This document shows, one piece after another, positions 42,717 through 51,248 of a DNA stretch of 64,000 bases; within the stretch, counting starts at the first letter, position 1, and every line of letters starts with the position of its first letter. Both the position numbers and the translations under genes were made by a program. The stretch is from assembly GCA_017656135.1 (NCBI GenBank), contig JACDOJ010000004.1, forward strand, positions 6,007 through 70,006, written 5' to 3'. The notes beneath the pieces were generated by a model, which had not been told where the DNA came from, made no database searches, and was given only the letters and a program-made list of their open reading frames with translations. This DNA is from Bacillota bacterium. Lineage in GTDB: Bacteria; Bacillota; UBA5301.

Positions 42717-43163
42717 ATGTTGAGGTACAAAATGGCTTTGGGGATTGTGGCCCTCTTAATTGTGGTGGCTTCGGCTTTAGTGCTGGGCGGCCAGACTGCT
42801 TCCAGTGCCGAGGAAAAGCCCAGCTTTGCCTATATCGATACGGTCAGACTGTGGAATGAGCTGCCTCAGATGAACGAGATGAGGGCGGCTTTGGAGGAGG
42901 AAACCCAGAAGAAACAGGCGGCTTATGACGCTGAGGCTGCCAAGCTGGAAGATGAAGAAGCCCGGCGCAAGCTCTTCCAAAAGTACCAGGATGAGCTGGA
43001 GGCCCAGAAGGATGCCATGCTGAACCAGGTTTTAGAGCGAACCTACCAGCTGATTAAGAAGGTAGCTGAAGAACAGGGCTTTGATGTGGTCTTGGAGAGA
43101 CAGAGCGTTCTCTACGGTGGATACGATTTGACAGACGCGGTGCTGGAGGCCGCTCAAAACTAG
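42717..43163 (+). CDS. skp: Periplasmic chaperone Skp/OmpH
   Basis: 148 aa with a signal peptide and a coiled-coil core (EL...NEMRAALEEE.QKKQA...AEAAKLED). The OmpH-type ending (GFDVVLERQSVLYGGYDLTDAVLEA) is present. The start ATG at 42717 follows AGGGGAG. Confidence 0.8.
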   Translation: MLRYKMALGIVALLIVVASALVLGGQTASSAEEKPSFAYIDTVRLWNELPQMNEMRAALEEETQKKQAAYDAEAAKLEDEEARRKLFQKYQDELEAQKDAMLNQVLERTYQLIKKVAEEQGFDVVLERQSVLYGGYDLTDAVLEAAQN

Positions 43164-43188
43164 TCCATACGCGGTGAGGGGGGAGAGG

Positions 43189-44286
43189 ATGGCCAAAAGG
43201 GTATTACAGTTTTCAGCAGTGCTGTTCGCTGGTGCTCTAATGGTGCTGGCAGCCTTTTGGTTCTCCGGTGACATCCTCACTGCGAAGCTGGACCTTTCTA
43301 AGGAGAGGGATCCTTCCTTCTTGGAGCCGGTAGATGCAGCTTCTGTTCCCGCCGCTTTCGAGCCTGTTTCAGCGCCGGTGGCCGTGGTCCGGCTCAGCGA
43401 AGTACTGCCGCTACACCCTGCCTGGCCTAAGCTCCAAGAGCTGGAGCAAAGGCTGTCCAGGCTCCAAGCAGGTGCCGGTGGTAATGAGAAGCCTGAGGAC
43501 GAGCCCCTGGAGGAAACCCTGGCCTTAGAGGGAGAGCGGCTCACCCAGGAGTACCAGGCTCAGCTGGAGGCCGAAGAAAAGGCGGCTTGGAAGCTGACGG
43601 AGCAGAAGATTGAGCGGAAAAAGGCAGAGCTCAAAGAGGAGCTCCAGAGCAAGCTGGAAAGCTTACGCCAGGAGCTGACCCAAGAGTTGGCCCAGAAGGG
43701 GCAAGAGATCCAAGGGGAGTACCAGGCCAGGATTTTGAGTTTGCGGGTTAAGATGGAGCTCTTGGATGGTAAAGAAGACCCGGCTCTCGCCGAGAGAATC
43801 AGCGAGCTCCAGAAGGAGATCAAGTATAAGCTGGAGGGTTTGGAAAGGGAGTACCAGGCCAAGGTCGGCCGACTGGAAGAGCAGCTGGCCGCAGAATACC
43901 AGGAGAGGCTGAAAGGGTACTCAGAGGATTTAATTGCTGAGACCCAGGCCAAGTTGGAGCAGAAACGAGCTGAGCTTGAAGCTGAACTCAAAGAACACCT
44001 GGAGTATCTGGTCAGAGAGCCTGTAACTCTGCCGGTTGTAGGACCTGAGGATACCGGCGGCCTGGCTCAGCTGGCCCAGGAGATTGCCCAGCTGCGCACG
44101 GAGATGCTCGGGGATATCCGGTCCCTCGGCGAGCGGGTGGCCTACCGCTTAGGCCTGGAGACAGTGGTGTTGACAGAAGATGCCGTCTTTGGCGGGAAAG
44201 ACATCACCGAAGAGGTTAAAGAAGAGATATCCAAGAAGGAAGGGAGTCCTATTGGTGCAGCAGAAAGAGCCGGTAACACTCAGTGA
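43189..44286 (+). CDS. Long Skp/OmpH-like coiled-coil protein (365 aa) with repeated EYQA heptad-rich segments
   Basis: N-terminal anchor, about 250 aa of E/K/L/Q coiled coil with a recurring EYQA(Q/R/K) motif, and an OmpH-like ending (VVLTEDAVFGGKDITEEVKEEI). Confidence 0.55.
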   Translation: MAKRVLQFSAVLFAGALMVLAAFWFSGDILTAKLDLSKERDPSFLEPVDAASVPAAFEPVSAPVAVVRLSEVLPLHPAWPKLQELEQRLSRLQAGAGGNEKPEDEPLEETLALEGERLTQEYQAQLEAEEKAAWKLTEQKIERKKAELKEELQSKLESLRQELTQELAQKGQEIQGEYQARILSLRVKMELLDGKEDPALAERISELQKEIKYKLEGLEREYQAKVGRLEEQLAAEYQERLKGYSEDLIAETQAKLEQKRAELEAELKEHLEYLVREPVTLPVVGPEDTGGLAQLAQEIAQLRTEMLGDIRSLGERVAYRLGLETVVLTEDAVFGGKDITEEVKEEISKKEGSPIGAAERAGNTQ

Positions 44287-45325
44287 ACTAGCAACCCTGG
44301 TCAACGGTGAGGTAATCGGGGATCCTCACATCTTGATTTCAGGGATAGGGACGATTTATGAGGCCCGGCCCGGCCAGTTGGTGATGGCTGAGGATGAGCG
44401 TAAGCTGAAACAGGCTTTGGAGCTGAAACCAACCGCCCTGCTCCTTCCTTTTGAGCTGGCGGACAAAGGCGCGGAGGTCAAAGGGGTAATCAAGGTACAA
44501 AACCCGCGTTTGGCCTTTGCCCGGCTCCTCGCTTATTTTGCTCCCCAGTACAGCCTGCCTCAGGGGATTCATCCTGAGGCCACCGTCAGTCCCAAGGCGA
44601 AGTTAGGGAAAAATGTTCGGGTCCACGCCAGAGCGGTCATCGAAGAGGGGGCCCAAATTGGTGACGGGACCTGGATCTGGCCGGGAGTTTACATTGGCCC
44701 GGATGCGGTTATTGGCAGCGACTGCCTAATCTATCCCAATGTGGTGATCAGAGAACGGGTGACCATCGGAGACCGGGTCATCATCCAACCTGGTGCGGTC
44801 ATCGGTTCTGACGGGTTTGGCTTTGTGACCGTAGACGGCGTACACCACAAGGTCCCGCAGATCGGCACCGTCGAGATCGGTAATGACGTGGAGATCGGAG
44901 CCAACACCTGTATCGACCGGGCCACAGTGGGTAAGACGGTGATCGGCACCGGGACTAAACTGGATAACCTGGTCCAGATCGGCCACAACGCCGAGATCGG
45001 TCCTTATAACCTCATGGCCGGCATGGCCGGAGTGGCCGGCAGCTCCCGAACCGGCGAGTACGTCACCCTGGCCGGCAAAGCCGGATTAGCCGGACACCTT
45101 ACCGTCGCCCCCAAGACTGTGGTGGCCGGAGGGGCAATTGTGGCTTCCGATGTGACTGAACCCGGCTTTCTCTCCGGCATCCCTGCCCGGCCGCACCGGG
45201 AAGAAATGCGGGCCAAGGCCACCATGCGCCGGGTACCGGAGCTTATTAAGAAGCAGAAAGAGCTGGAACGGAAAGTAGCCGAACTCACCGAGCTACTGGA
45301 GAGACTCAGTGCCGAGGCCAGGTAA
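44255..45325 (+). CDS. lpxD: UDP-3-O-acylglucosamine N-acyltransferase
   Basis: The N-terminal LSELA..V.GE..GD....I.G motif and long hexapeptide repeats are present, including GSDGFGF........HKVPQ.G.V.IG.DVEIGANT.IDR. The start is the GTG at 44255 or the TTG at 44252 after GGGAG, and overlaps the end of the previous gene. Confidence 0.9.
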   Translation: MQQKEPVTLSELATLVNGEVIGDPHILISGIGTIYEARPGQLVMAEDERKLKQALELKPTALLLPFELADKGAEVKGVIKVQNPRLAFARLLAYFAPQYSLPQGIHPEATVSPKAKLGKNVRVHARAVIEEGAQIGDGTWIWPGVYIGPDAVIGSDCLIYPNVVIRERVTIGDRVIIQPGAVIGSDGFGFVTVDGVHHKVPQIGTVEIGNDVEIGANTCIDRATVGKTVIGTGTKLDNLVQIGHNAEIGPYNLMAGMAGVAGSSRTGEYVTLAGKAGLAGHLTVAPKTVVAGGAIVASDVTEPGFLSGIPARPHREEMRAKATMRRVPELIKKQKELERKVAELTELLERLSAEAR

Positions 45326-45379
45326 GAGGGAGATTCTGCCGGGACAGGATACTACTGCTTTCCTGCCGAAATGGTGGTT

Positions 45380-46465
45380 ATGAGGATCCTGGACCGGTAT
45401 TTTTTCAGCGAAGTTATAGGCCCTTTTGTCTTGGCCTTGACGGTCATAATCATTTTGATGATCAGCGGGGTGCTCTTCGAGTTAAGTGATTTACTGATCT
45501 CGAAGAGAGTTCCGCTTTCTGTCATTTTGCGCCTTTTTTCCTACCAACTCCCCTGGGCCACTGTGGAGGCCCTGCCCATCGCAGTGCTGGCGGCAGTCTT
45601 GATCGTCACCGGCCGGCTGGCCGCTGAGAATGAGCTCACCATCATCAGGTCAGTGGGGGTCAGCCTCAAACGCTACCTAGTTCCGGCCCTGATCTTTGCC
45701 CTTGCCATCAGCATCCTCAGCTACTACTTAAGTGAAGAAGTCCTGCCTCAGGCCAATCACGCCTTTCAAAACACTGTTCGCCGCATTGTCTTGAAGGATG
45801 CGAGCCCGGAGATCGAAGAGGATGTCTTCTTCCGGGCCGGCAAGGAATACTTCTTCTACATTGGGCAGGTTGACCCGGCCAGTTTAGAGATGCGGCAGAT
45901 CATGGTCTACCAGCTGCGCCAGGAGGGCTACCCCAGGTTAATCACTGCCGCCTCCGGCTACATCCGGGACGGTTCCTGGCACCTCACCGACGGAGTGATG
46001 CGGGATATCGGAGAGGACGGCTTCGTCTCCGATGAGGTGAAATACTCCAGCCTCACCCTGGAGCTTGGAGACGGCCTAGAGCATTTCTTTGCCAACCAGA
46101 AGACCACTCGGGAGATGACCAGGGCCGAACTTTTGGAAAACATCCATCTCTTTGCCGAGAGCGGGGTGAATCTGCGCCCCTTCATCGTCGATTACCACCT
46201 GAAACTGGCTTCTCCTTTGGCCAGCCTGGTTTTTGTCCTTTTTTGCCTTCCCTTGGCCCTGCGTTTCCTGCGCCTGCCCAGGTATTCCCGGTTTTTGGCC
46301 CTGGCGGCCAGTGTTGCCTTGACTCTGTCCTACTATCTCCTGACCCCGTTCTGCCGGTCCCTTGGAATCAACGGGATCATCCCGGCGGTTTTAGGGGCTT
46401 GGCTGCCGGTGCTTTTCCTGGGTTCAGTGGGGACTCTCCTCTATACCCGGCTGGACTCCTTTTAG
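45380..46465 (+). CDS. LPS export ABC transporter permease, LptF/LptG (YjgP/YjgQ) family
   Basis: The MRILDRYFFSEVIGPF start and six-TM architecture with a central periplasmic domain are typical of LptF/G. Only one such gene is in the window. Confidence 0.85.
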   Translation: MRILDRYFFSEVIGPFVLALTVIIILMISGVLFELSDLLISKRVPLSVILRLFSYQLPWATVEALPIAVLAAVLIVTGRLAAENELTIIRSVGVSLKRYLVPALIFALAISILSYYLSEEVLPQANHAFQNTVRRIVLKDASPEIEEDVFFRAGKEYFFYIGQVDPASLEMRQIMVYQLRQEGYPRLITAASGYIRDGSWHLTDGVMRDIGEDGFVSDEVKYSSLTLELGDGLEHFFANQKTTREMTRAELLENIHLFAESGVNLRPFIVDYHLKLASPLASLVFVLFCLPLALRFLRLPRYSRFLALAASVALTLSYYLLTPFCRSLGINGIIPAVLGAWLPVLFLGSVGTLLYTRLDSF

Positions 46466-46475
46466 GGGTAGTGCT

Positions 46476-48653
46476 ATGGGGAAGAAACTTATCCTGATCT
46501 TGAGCACAGTGATATTGAGCTTGACAGTGGGCTGCCTGGCCCAGGCCGAGGGTAAGCCGATCAAAATCAGCGCTCAGTCCTCTTTGGCCTGGGAGCTGGC
46601 TGAAGGGGTGCTCACAGTCACCGGTGACGTTCACCTGGAATATGAGGATTTCACCCTAAACTGCCAGCGCCTGGTGGTGAACACCGAAACCCAGGTCTTA
46701 GAGGCCTTCCAGGATGTGCGCTACCAGGATCCAGACGGTGAGATCACCGCAGACTATTTCCGCTACGATACTCGAAGCGAGACCGCCAGCTTCCGCGCTT
46801 TCTCTGCTGTCTTCACCGGTGATGGACTGGCTACCGACGCCTATCTCCACGGCGAGCGGCTGACCACCAAGGGAGAAGACGCTTTTGTCAGCGGTGCCAC
46901 CTTCAGTGGCTGCGACCGTGAGAACCCCCACTACCACCTGAAAGCAGTGAAGATCGAGTATTATCCCGGTGAGCGGCTGGTGGCTCGGAAGGTCTCCTAC
47001 TACGAGGGGCACTTCAAACTCTTCACCCTGCCGGTCTTGGTGGTTTCCCTAAAAGAAAGCCGTTGGGAGGCGCCGAAGCTCGGTTACAACTCCGAGGACG
47101 GCTGGTACATCAAAACAACCTACAACTACTACCGGAACCCCAATTCTTCCGGCTCTCTCTTCCTGGACTACTACCAAAAAAAGGGGTGGGGTACCGGTTT
47201 CAAACACCAGTACAGGTGGGAGCGAGTTCTCCCTGCTGCCGGTTGGTTCTACTTCTACACCAAAGAGAACGGGGATAGCGGCACACCACCCTCCTACCAC
47301 ACAGCCTTCTCTCTGGAACCGGAGCTACCTGAGGCCTGGCGGGGGAAGTTGGAGGGAGAGTACAAAGCCGACTACTACCAGGGCCAGCTGGAACACAACT
47401 GGGGCGGCCGGGCCAACTTGAGCTGGAACCGGCCTAATCAGCGGGTGGCCTTGGATTACAGCCTGCTCAAGAAAAACCCGGCTGAGCTCTACCCCGGCAG
47501 TGTCTACCAGCGCACCCGGGCCTCGGTATCTGTGGAGAGCCGGCCCCGGCCGGACCTGCGGTATGCGGCTACCACCAACTTCTTCACCCAGAGCCGGGTG
47601 GACTATCCGAAAGATGATCTTACAGCCTTTGCTCAGGCTTGGGTGAGCCAGGACCTGAACGATTACCGGCTGCAGTTCAAGGTTGAGCATCAGTACAACC
47701 CGGTCTCCCCTGCTTCCGATGAGATTCCGAACTGGAAGAGTTATACGGTCTTGCCGGAGGTGAGGTTGACCACTAAGCGCTTGAGCCTAGGGGGACGAAC
47801 CCTCCCGCTCAGGGCCAGTATCAGTGCCAGCCGGGTACAGGAGGAACCAGGGAACCTATCGACTATGAAGGCCAGTGGACAGCTAGTCCTCACCGGTTTG
47901 AACTATCGGCCGGCCCCTGGGTCCTGGTTGAACTTCACCGCCAGTGCCACCGGCAGCTACTACGATACTAACCACGGCCAGGCCCAGATGACCACCAGGG
48001 CCATTTACCGCCAGCAGTTTTCACCCTATTTCAGGAGCAGTTTGACCCACAACTGGACCGGCCGGGTGGGGGTCTCCCCCTTGACTTATGATCTGACCCA
48101 ACCGGTTCACAATCTGCAAGGCCGTCTCGATTACACCACCGGCCGCTGGAGGGCGGGCGCCAGCACCGGTTACGACCTCCTGGCTCTTCAGCCTGAAGAT
48201 CTTGAGGCAGAGGTAAGTTACCGCCACAGCCAAAGGCTTTACTCTTCAGCCCAGGTGGCTTACGCCTTACCTGAAGGTGCTTGGGAATACGTCAAGCTTT
48301 CCTTGCGCTATGACGCCGGGAAAGAACGGGAGCTGCAGGGAAGCATCTACTATGACTTTCTCCAGGAGACGTGGCAGACGGTCAGCCTCTCGGCCCGTCA
48401 GCGGTTGAACCCGGACTGGCTCCTTGAGGCCGGCATAGATTGGGACGAAACCTACGGCGGCCGCCTGCGCCGGGGAGAAGTCAGCTTAACTAAAGACCTG
48501 CACTGCCGGGAGCTGCGGATTTCCCTCGATGCGGTTAGGAAGGAGATCTGGTTCGAGTTGATCTTCAAAATCCTGCCGGGAGAACCCTTAAGGTTAGGCG
48601 CCTCTGACCGGAGGTTCCTGGTGGACCTGGAGTTCTTGGAGGGGGAGGTTTAG
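46476..48653 (+). CDS. lptD: LPS-assembly outer-membrane protein LptD (OstA N-terminal domain plus beta-barrel)
   Basis: Signal peptide and an OstA-like jellyroll (L...GDV.LEY.DF.L.C..L........LEA..DV.Y.D). The ATFSGC......HY.L.A..I.YYPGERLVA..V.....G..LF.LPV motif is followed by an aromatic-rich barrel. Confidence 0.8.
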   Translation: MGKKLILILSTVILSLTVGCLAQAEGKPIKISAQSSLAWELAEGVLTVTGDVHLEYEDFTLNCQRLVVNTETQVLEAFQDVRYQDPDGEITADYFRYDTRSETASFRAFSAVFTGDGLATDAYLHGERLTTKGEDAFVSGATFSGCDRENPHYHLKAVKIEYYPGERLVARKVSYYEGHFKLFTLPVLVVSLKESRWEAPKLGYNSEDGWYIKTTYNYYRNPNSSGSLFLDYYQKKGWGTGFKHQYRWERVLPAAGWFYFYTKENGDSGTPPSYHTAFSLEPELPEAWRGKLEGEYKADYYQGQLEHNWGGRANLSWNRPNQRVALDYSLLKKNPAELYPGSVYQRTRASVSVESRPRPDLRYAATTNFFTQSRVDYPKDDLTAFAQAWVSQDLNDYRLQFKVEHQYNPVSPASDEIPNWKSYTVLPEVRLTTKRLSLGGRTLPLRASISASRVQEEPGNLSTMKASGQLVLTGLNYRPAPGSWLNFTASATGSYYDTNHGQAQMTTRAIYRQQFSPYFRSSLTHNWTGRVGVSPLTYDLTQPVHNLQGRLDYTTGRWRAGASTGYDLLALQPEDLEAEVSYRHSQRLYSSAQVAYALPEGAWEYVKLSLRYDAGKERELQGSIYYDFLQETWQTVSLSARQRLNPDWLLEAGIDWDETYGGRLRRGEVSLTKDLHCRELRISLDAVRKEIWFELIFKILPGEPLRLGASDRRFLVDLEFLEGEV

Positions 48654-48655
48654 GC

Positions 48656-49309
48656 ATGAGTCGGCTGAGGAGCCTCCTTCCTCTGGCAGTTGTCCTCCTC
48701 CTTTTGGCGGCCGTCCTGACCCTGGATACCAACGAGGAGTACCCTACTCCGTCCGAGGATAGGGAGGAAAAGATAACCTACTTCTTTTCTGAGAATACCC
48801 TGATCGGCCGGTCCCAGGGCCGAAAGACCTGGGAGGTTAAGGCGGAAAGGTTTCAGGTGGATGAAGCGGAACGCTACATCTACCTCAGCGGGGCGATCAC
48901 CGGGGTGATCTACCGGAACGGCGAGGAGAGCTACTGGCTTTCGGCCTCAAGAGGGGTCTACAATCGGAAAACCCAGGATCTGGAGCTTACCGGGGGAATC
49001 CTTATCACCACCAAGGACGAGGAGAAGATCCAGGCGGCCGGGCTGACCTATGACCACGCCCGGGACGAGGTGAACTTTTTGCCTCCGGTTAAGGTGGAGG
49101 TAGGGAGATACACTCTCGAGGCTGATCGGGTCGTTTTTAAAAGCAACCCTGAGCGGCTCTTGGCCAGCGGAGGAGTGATAATAAAATCGAGGTCAAACGA
49201 GGAAATCAGGTGTTCTGAGCTTATATATTACAGGCAGGACAACACCTGGGAGATAAAGGGGGCAGTGGAGATGTCTACTGATGTCAATTCCAGCCCCGGA
49301 AAGGAGTAG
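48656..49309 (+). CDS. lptC: LptC-like LPS export periplasmic/anchor protein
   Basis: N-terminal TM anchor then repeated beta-jellyroll pattern (KTWEVKAERFQVDEAERYIYLSG, LELTGGILITTKDE, RVVFKSNPERLLASGGV). It sits between lptD and lptA. Confidence 0.65.
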   Translation: MSRLRSLLPLAVVLLLLAAVLTLDTNEEYPTPSEDREEKITYFFSENTLIGRSQGRKTWEVKAERFQVDEAERYIYLSGAITGVIYRNGEESYWLSASRGVYNRKTQDLELTGGILITTKDEEKIQAAGLTYDHARDEVNFLPPVKVEVGRYTLEADRVVFKSNPERLLASGGVIIKSRSNEEIRCSELIYYRQDNTWEIKGAVEMSTDVNSSPGKE

Positions 49310-49315
49310 CAAAGG

Positions 49316-50029
49316 GTGGACCGAGTGCTTGTTTTCAGTGTTGTGCTGGTGCTCATACTGGGATTAGCTGGGCTTCCCGTTGCAGCTGACAGCGAATTAC
49401 GGATTAAAGTATTGGAGAACAAGGAGTTTAGGATTAACGGAAATGAGGTTCATATCGTCGGCAAGATCGAAATCACCAAAGGAGATCTCTTCCTGACCGC
49501 TGGGGAGATCGTCTACAACTCAGAGGAGAAGACGGCGGTGATCACCGGGGAACCCTATTTGAAGACTAAGGACGCCGAGGTGGACGGCCAGCGGATTGAG
49601 GCCGATTTTGAGGAGGATGTCTTCACCTTCACTGGTTCCGTCCGCGTCCAGCAGGCCGAGAGGGTGGCCCTGGCCAACGAGGTACACGTGGATAACGCCA
49701 AGCACATCTACCTTCTCTTCGGCAACGTCCTGGTGACTGAGAAAAAGGACGATAAAGAACTTCGGGCGGAGGAAGTCCTGATTGATTCAGAAAGCGATAC
49801 CATCGAGGTTAAAGGGCCGGTGGAGCTGAGTTTCATCCTGGCTAAAGACCAAGAAGAAACCCCGGAGGAAACCGACGCCCAGGAGGGGACTGCTGGGGAG
49901 CCGAAGGCGGAAGCAAAAGAAGAGCCTCCCCCCCAAACTACTGCTGACGAGGTTTATGTGCAGGTAGAAGACGTGTCAACAAGGCCGCTGTCGGCAGCAG
50001 AGGAAGGAAGCAGTACAGAGCTGTATTAA
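49316..50029 (+). CDS. lptA: LptA/OstA-like periplasmic LPS transport protein with an acidic C-terminal tail
   Basis: Signal peptide and an OstA-type repeat pattern (VHIVGKIEITKGDLFLTAGEIVYNSEEKTAVITGEPYL, FTFTGSVRVQQ, LFGNVLVTEK). The last ~90 nt overlap the convergent MFS gene. Confidence 0.7.
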   Translation: MDRVLVFSVVLVLILGLAGLPVAADSELRIKVLENKEFRINGNEVHIVGKIEITKGDLFLTAGEIVYNSEEKTAVITGEPYLKTKDAEVDGQRIEADFEEDVFTFTGSVRVQQAERVALANEVHVDNAKHIYLLFGNVLVTEKKDDKELRAEEVLIDSESDTIEVKGPVELSFILAKDQEETPEETDAQEGTAGEPKAEAKEEPPPQTTADEVYVQVEDVSTRPLSAAEEGSSTELY

Positions 50030-51152
50030 CTCCCCAGGCATCGGCGATGGCTCCGATAGCCGGGAGGAAGAGGGAGACACAGGCGGAGACCAGGCCGATC
50101 ATCAACCCTGAGGCCAAACCGGCATTGGCCGGGAGCAGGCGCTGCACGACGACGACCGTGACCGGAAGGCTGCAGTTGACGGCGGCCCCGGCCAGCGCCA
50201 AAAAGATCCACTTCCACGGACCGGCGGTCCGGTAAAAGCCGAAGAGCAAGAGCGTACCCAAAAGCAGGGAGCCGGCAATTACTTTGCGGGCTCCTATTTT
50301 ATCGTGCAAATATCCTCCGACAAAGCCCGCGATGGCTCCGAAGAAGAGATAAACCGAGACCATCTGGCCGGCGGTGACCACAGGATAACCCAGCTGGACC
50401 AAGAAGGCCGGCAGGAAGGTGTTAAGCCCCTGCATGACCCAGGTGCGCAGGAATACGATGAGGTTGATGGCCAGGACTGGGACCCAGACTTTCCCCAGGT
50501 TCTTCCTGAGAATGGCCAGAGACTCCAGTCTGGAGGTGGCTCGGGGGTTTTCATCCACCACTCGCCCCAACCCAGAGAGGCTCATATACAAGGTAACCAC
50601 AAGGACCGGCGCCAAAAGCCAGAGGGTGGTCACGAGGCCCCCGGCTTCCACCAGAGGAACGATTAAGAGTGGGGTCAGGGAGAACCCCACATTGCCGGCG
50701 ACGAAAAAGATGCTCATCCACAGCCCTTGCTGCCTTGCAGGTACCACCTTGGGCATCAAGGTCGCTCCCAAGGGGTGGTAGAGCCCGGAGCCCAGCCCTC
50801 CGAAGAAGGCCAGTGTTATTAGGGCCCACAAGGAGCCGGCGATTCCTAAAAGGCTCATGGCCAAGCCGATCCAGGCGGCAGCCCAAATCAGAAGGATTCC
50901 CCGGCGCCGGTGATCCACGGCCATCCCGAAGAAAGGTTGGGTGAAGGCGGAAGAGGCGGAAAAGACCGCCATTATCCCGCCTAAAGCAGTATTGCTCAGC
51001 CCGTAGTGGGTGCTGAGGAAGGGTAGTAGCGGTGCCAGTATGTTGGCCATGAAGTCGTTAAGGAGGTGCCCTGCGGCGATGGCCCCTCCTATCAAGGCTC
51101 CGGTGCTAGCCGGATTTGGTTGGATTTGAACAAGTTCGATACTCTTTTCCAT
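49938..51152 (-). CDS. MFS-family transporter (12 predicted TM segments)
   Basis: 404-aa polytopic protein with MFS-like loop motifs (G...D...RR). It is the only minus-strand gene within the OM/LPS cluster. The substrate cannot be inferred. Confidence 0.85.
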   Translation of the reverse strand: MEKSIELVQIQPNPASTGALIGGAIAAGHLLNDFMANILAPLLPFLSTHYGLSNTALGGIMAVFSASSAFTQPFFGMAVDHRRRGILLIWAAAWIGLAMSLLGIAGSLWALITLAFFGGLGSGLYHPLGATLMPKVVPARQQGLWMSIFFVAGNVGFSLTPLLIVPLVEAGGLVTTLWLLAPVLVVTLYMSLSGLGRVVDENPRATSRLESLAILRKNLGKVWVPVLAINLIVFLRTWVMQGLNTFLPAFLVQLGYPVVTAGQMVSVYLFFGAIAGFVGGYLHDKIGARKVIAGSLLLGTLLLFGFYRTAGPWKWIFLALAGAAVNCSLPVTVVVVQRLLPANAGLASGLMIGLVSACVSLFLPAIGAIADAWGVNTALYCFLPLLPTAALLTRLLPAHKPRQQ

Positions 51153-51211
51153 AGCTTCATACTTATTTCCCTATTTTCAGGGAATTACCTGCTAGTAGCT
51201 AATTTCTTCTA

Positions 51212-51220
51212 TGCTATAAT
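51212..51220 (+). promoter_or_regulatory. Extended -10 promoter element TGCTATAAT upstream of the large ABC-associated gene
   Basis: TGnTATAAT was read directly at 51212-51220. A GAGGGGG RBS (51234-51240) and a GTG at 51249 follow. Confidence 0.4.
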
Positions 51221-51248
51221 GGCACTTGAGAATGAGGGGGAAAATAGC

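Noticed and set aside
43032-43544. 170-aa minus-strand ORF
   Set aside because: It is a Ser/Ala-rich antisense translation of the skp and long skp-like coiled-coil genes.
51066-51248. N-terminal extension of the large ABC-associated protein (ORF-track start at 51066)
   Set aside because: The extension overlaps the 5' end of the divergent MFS gene and contains the TGCTATAAT promoter element. A GAGGGGG RBS plus the GTG at 51249 gives a sensible start before TM1.
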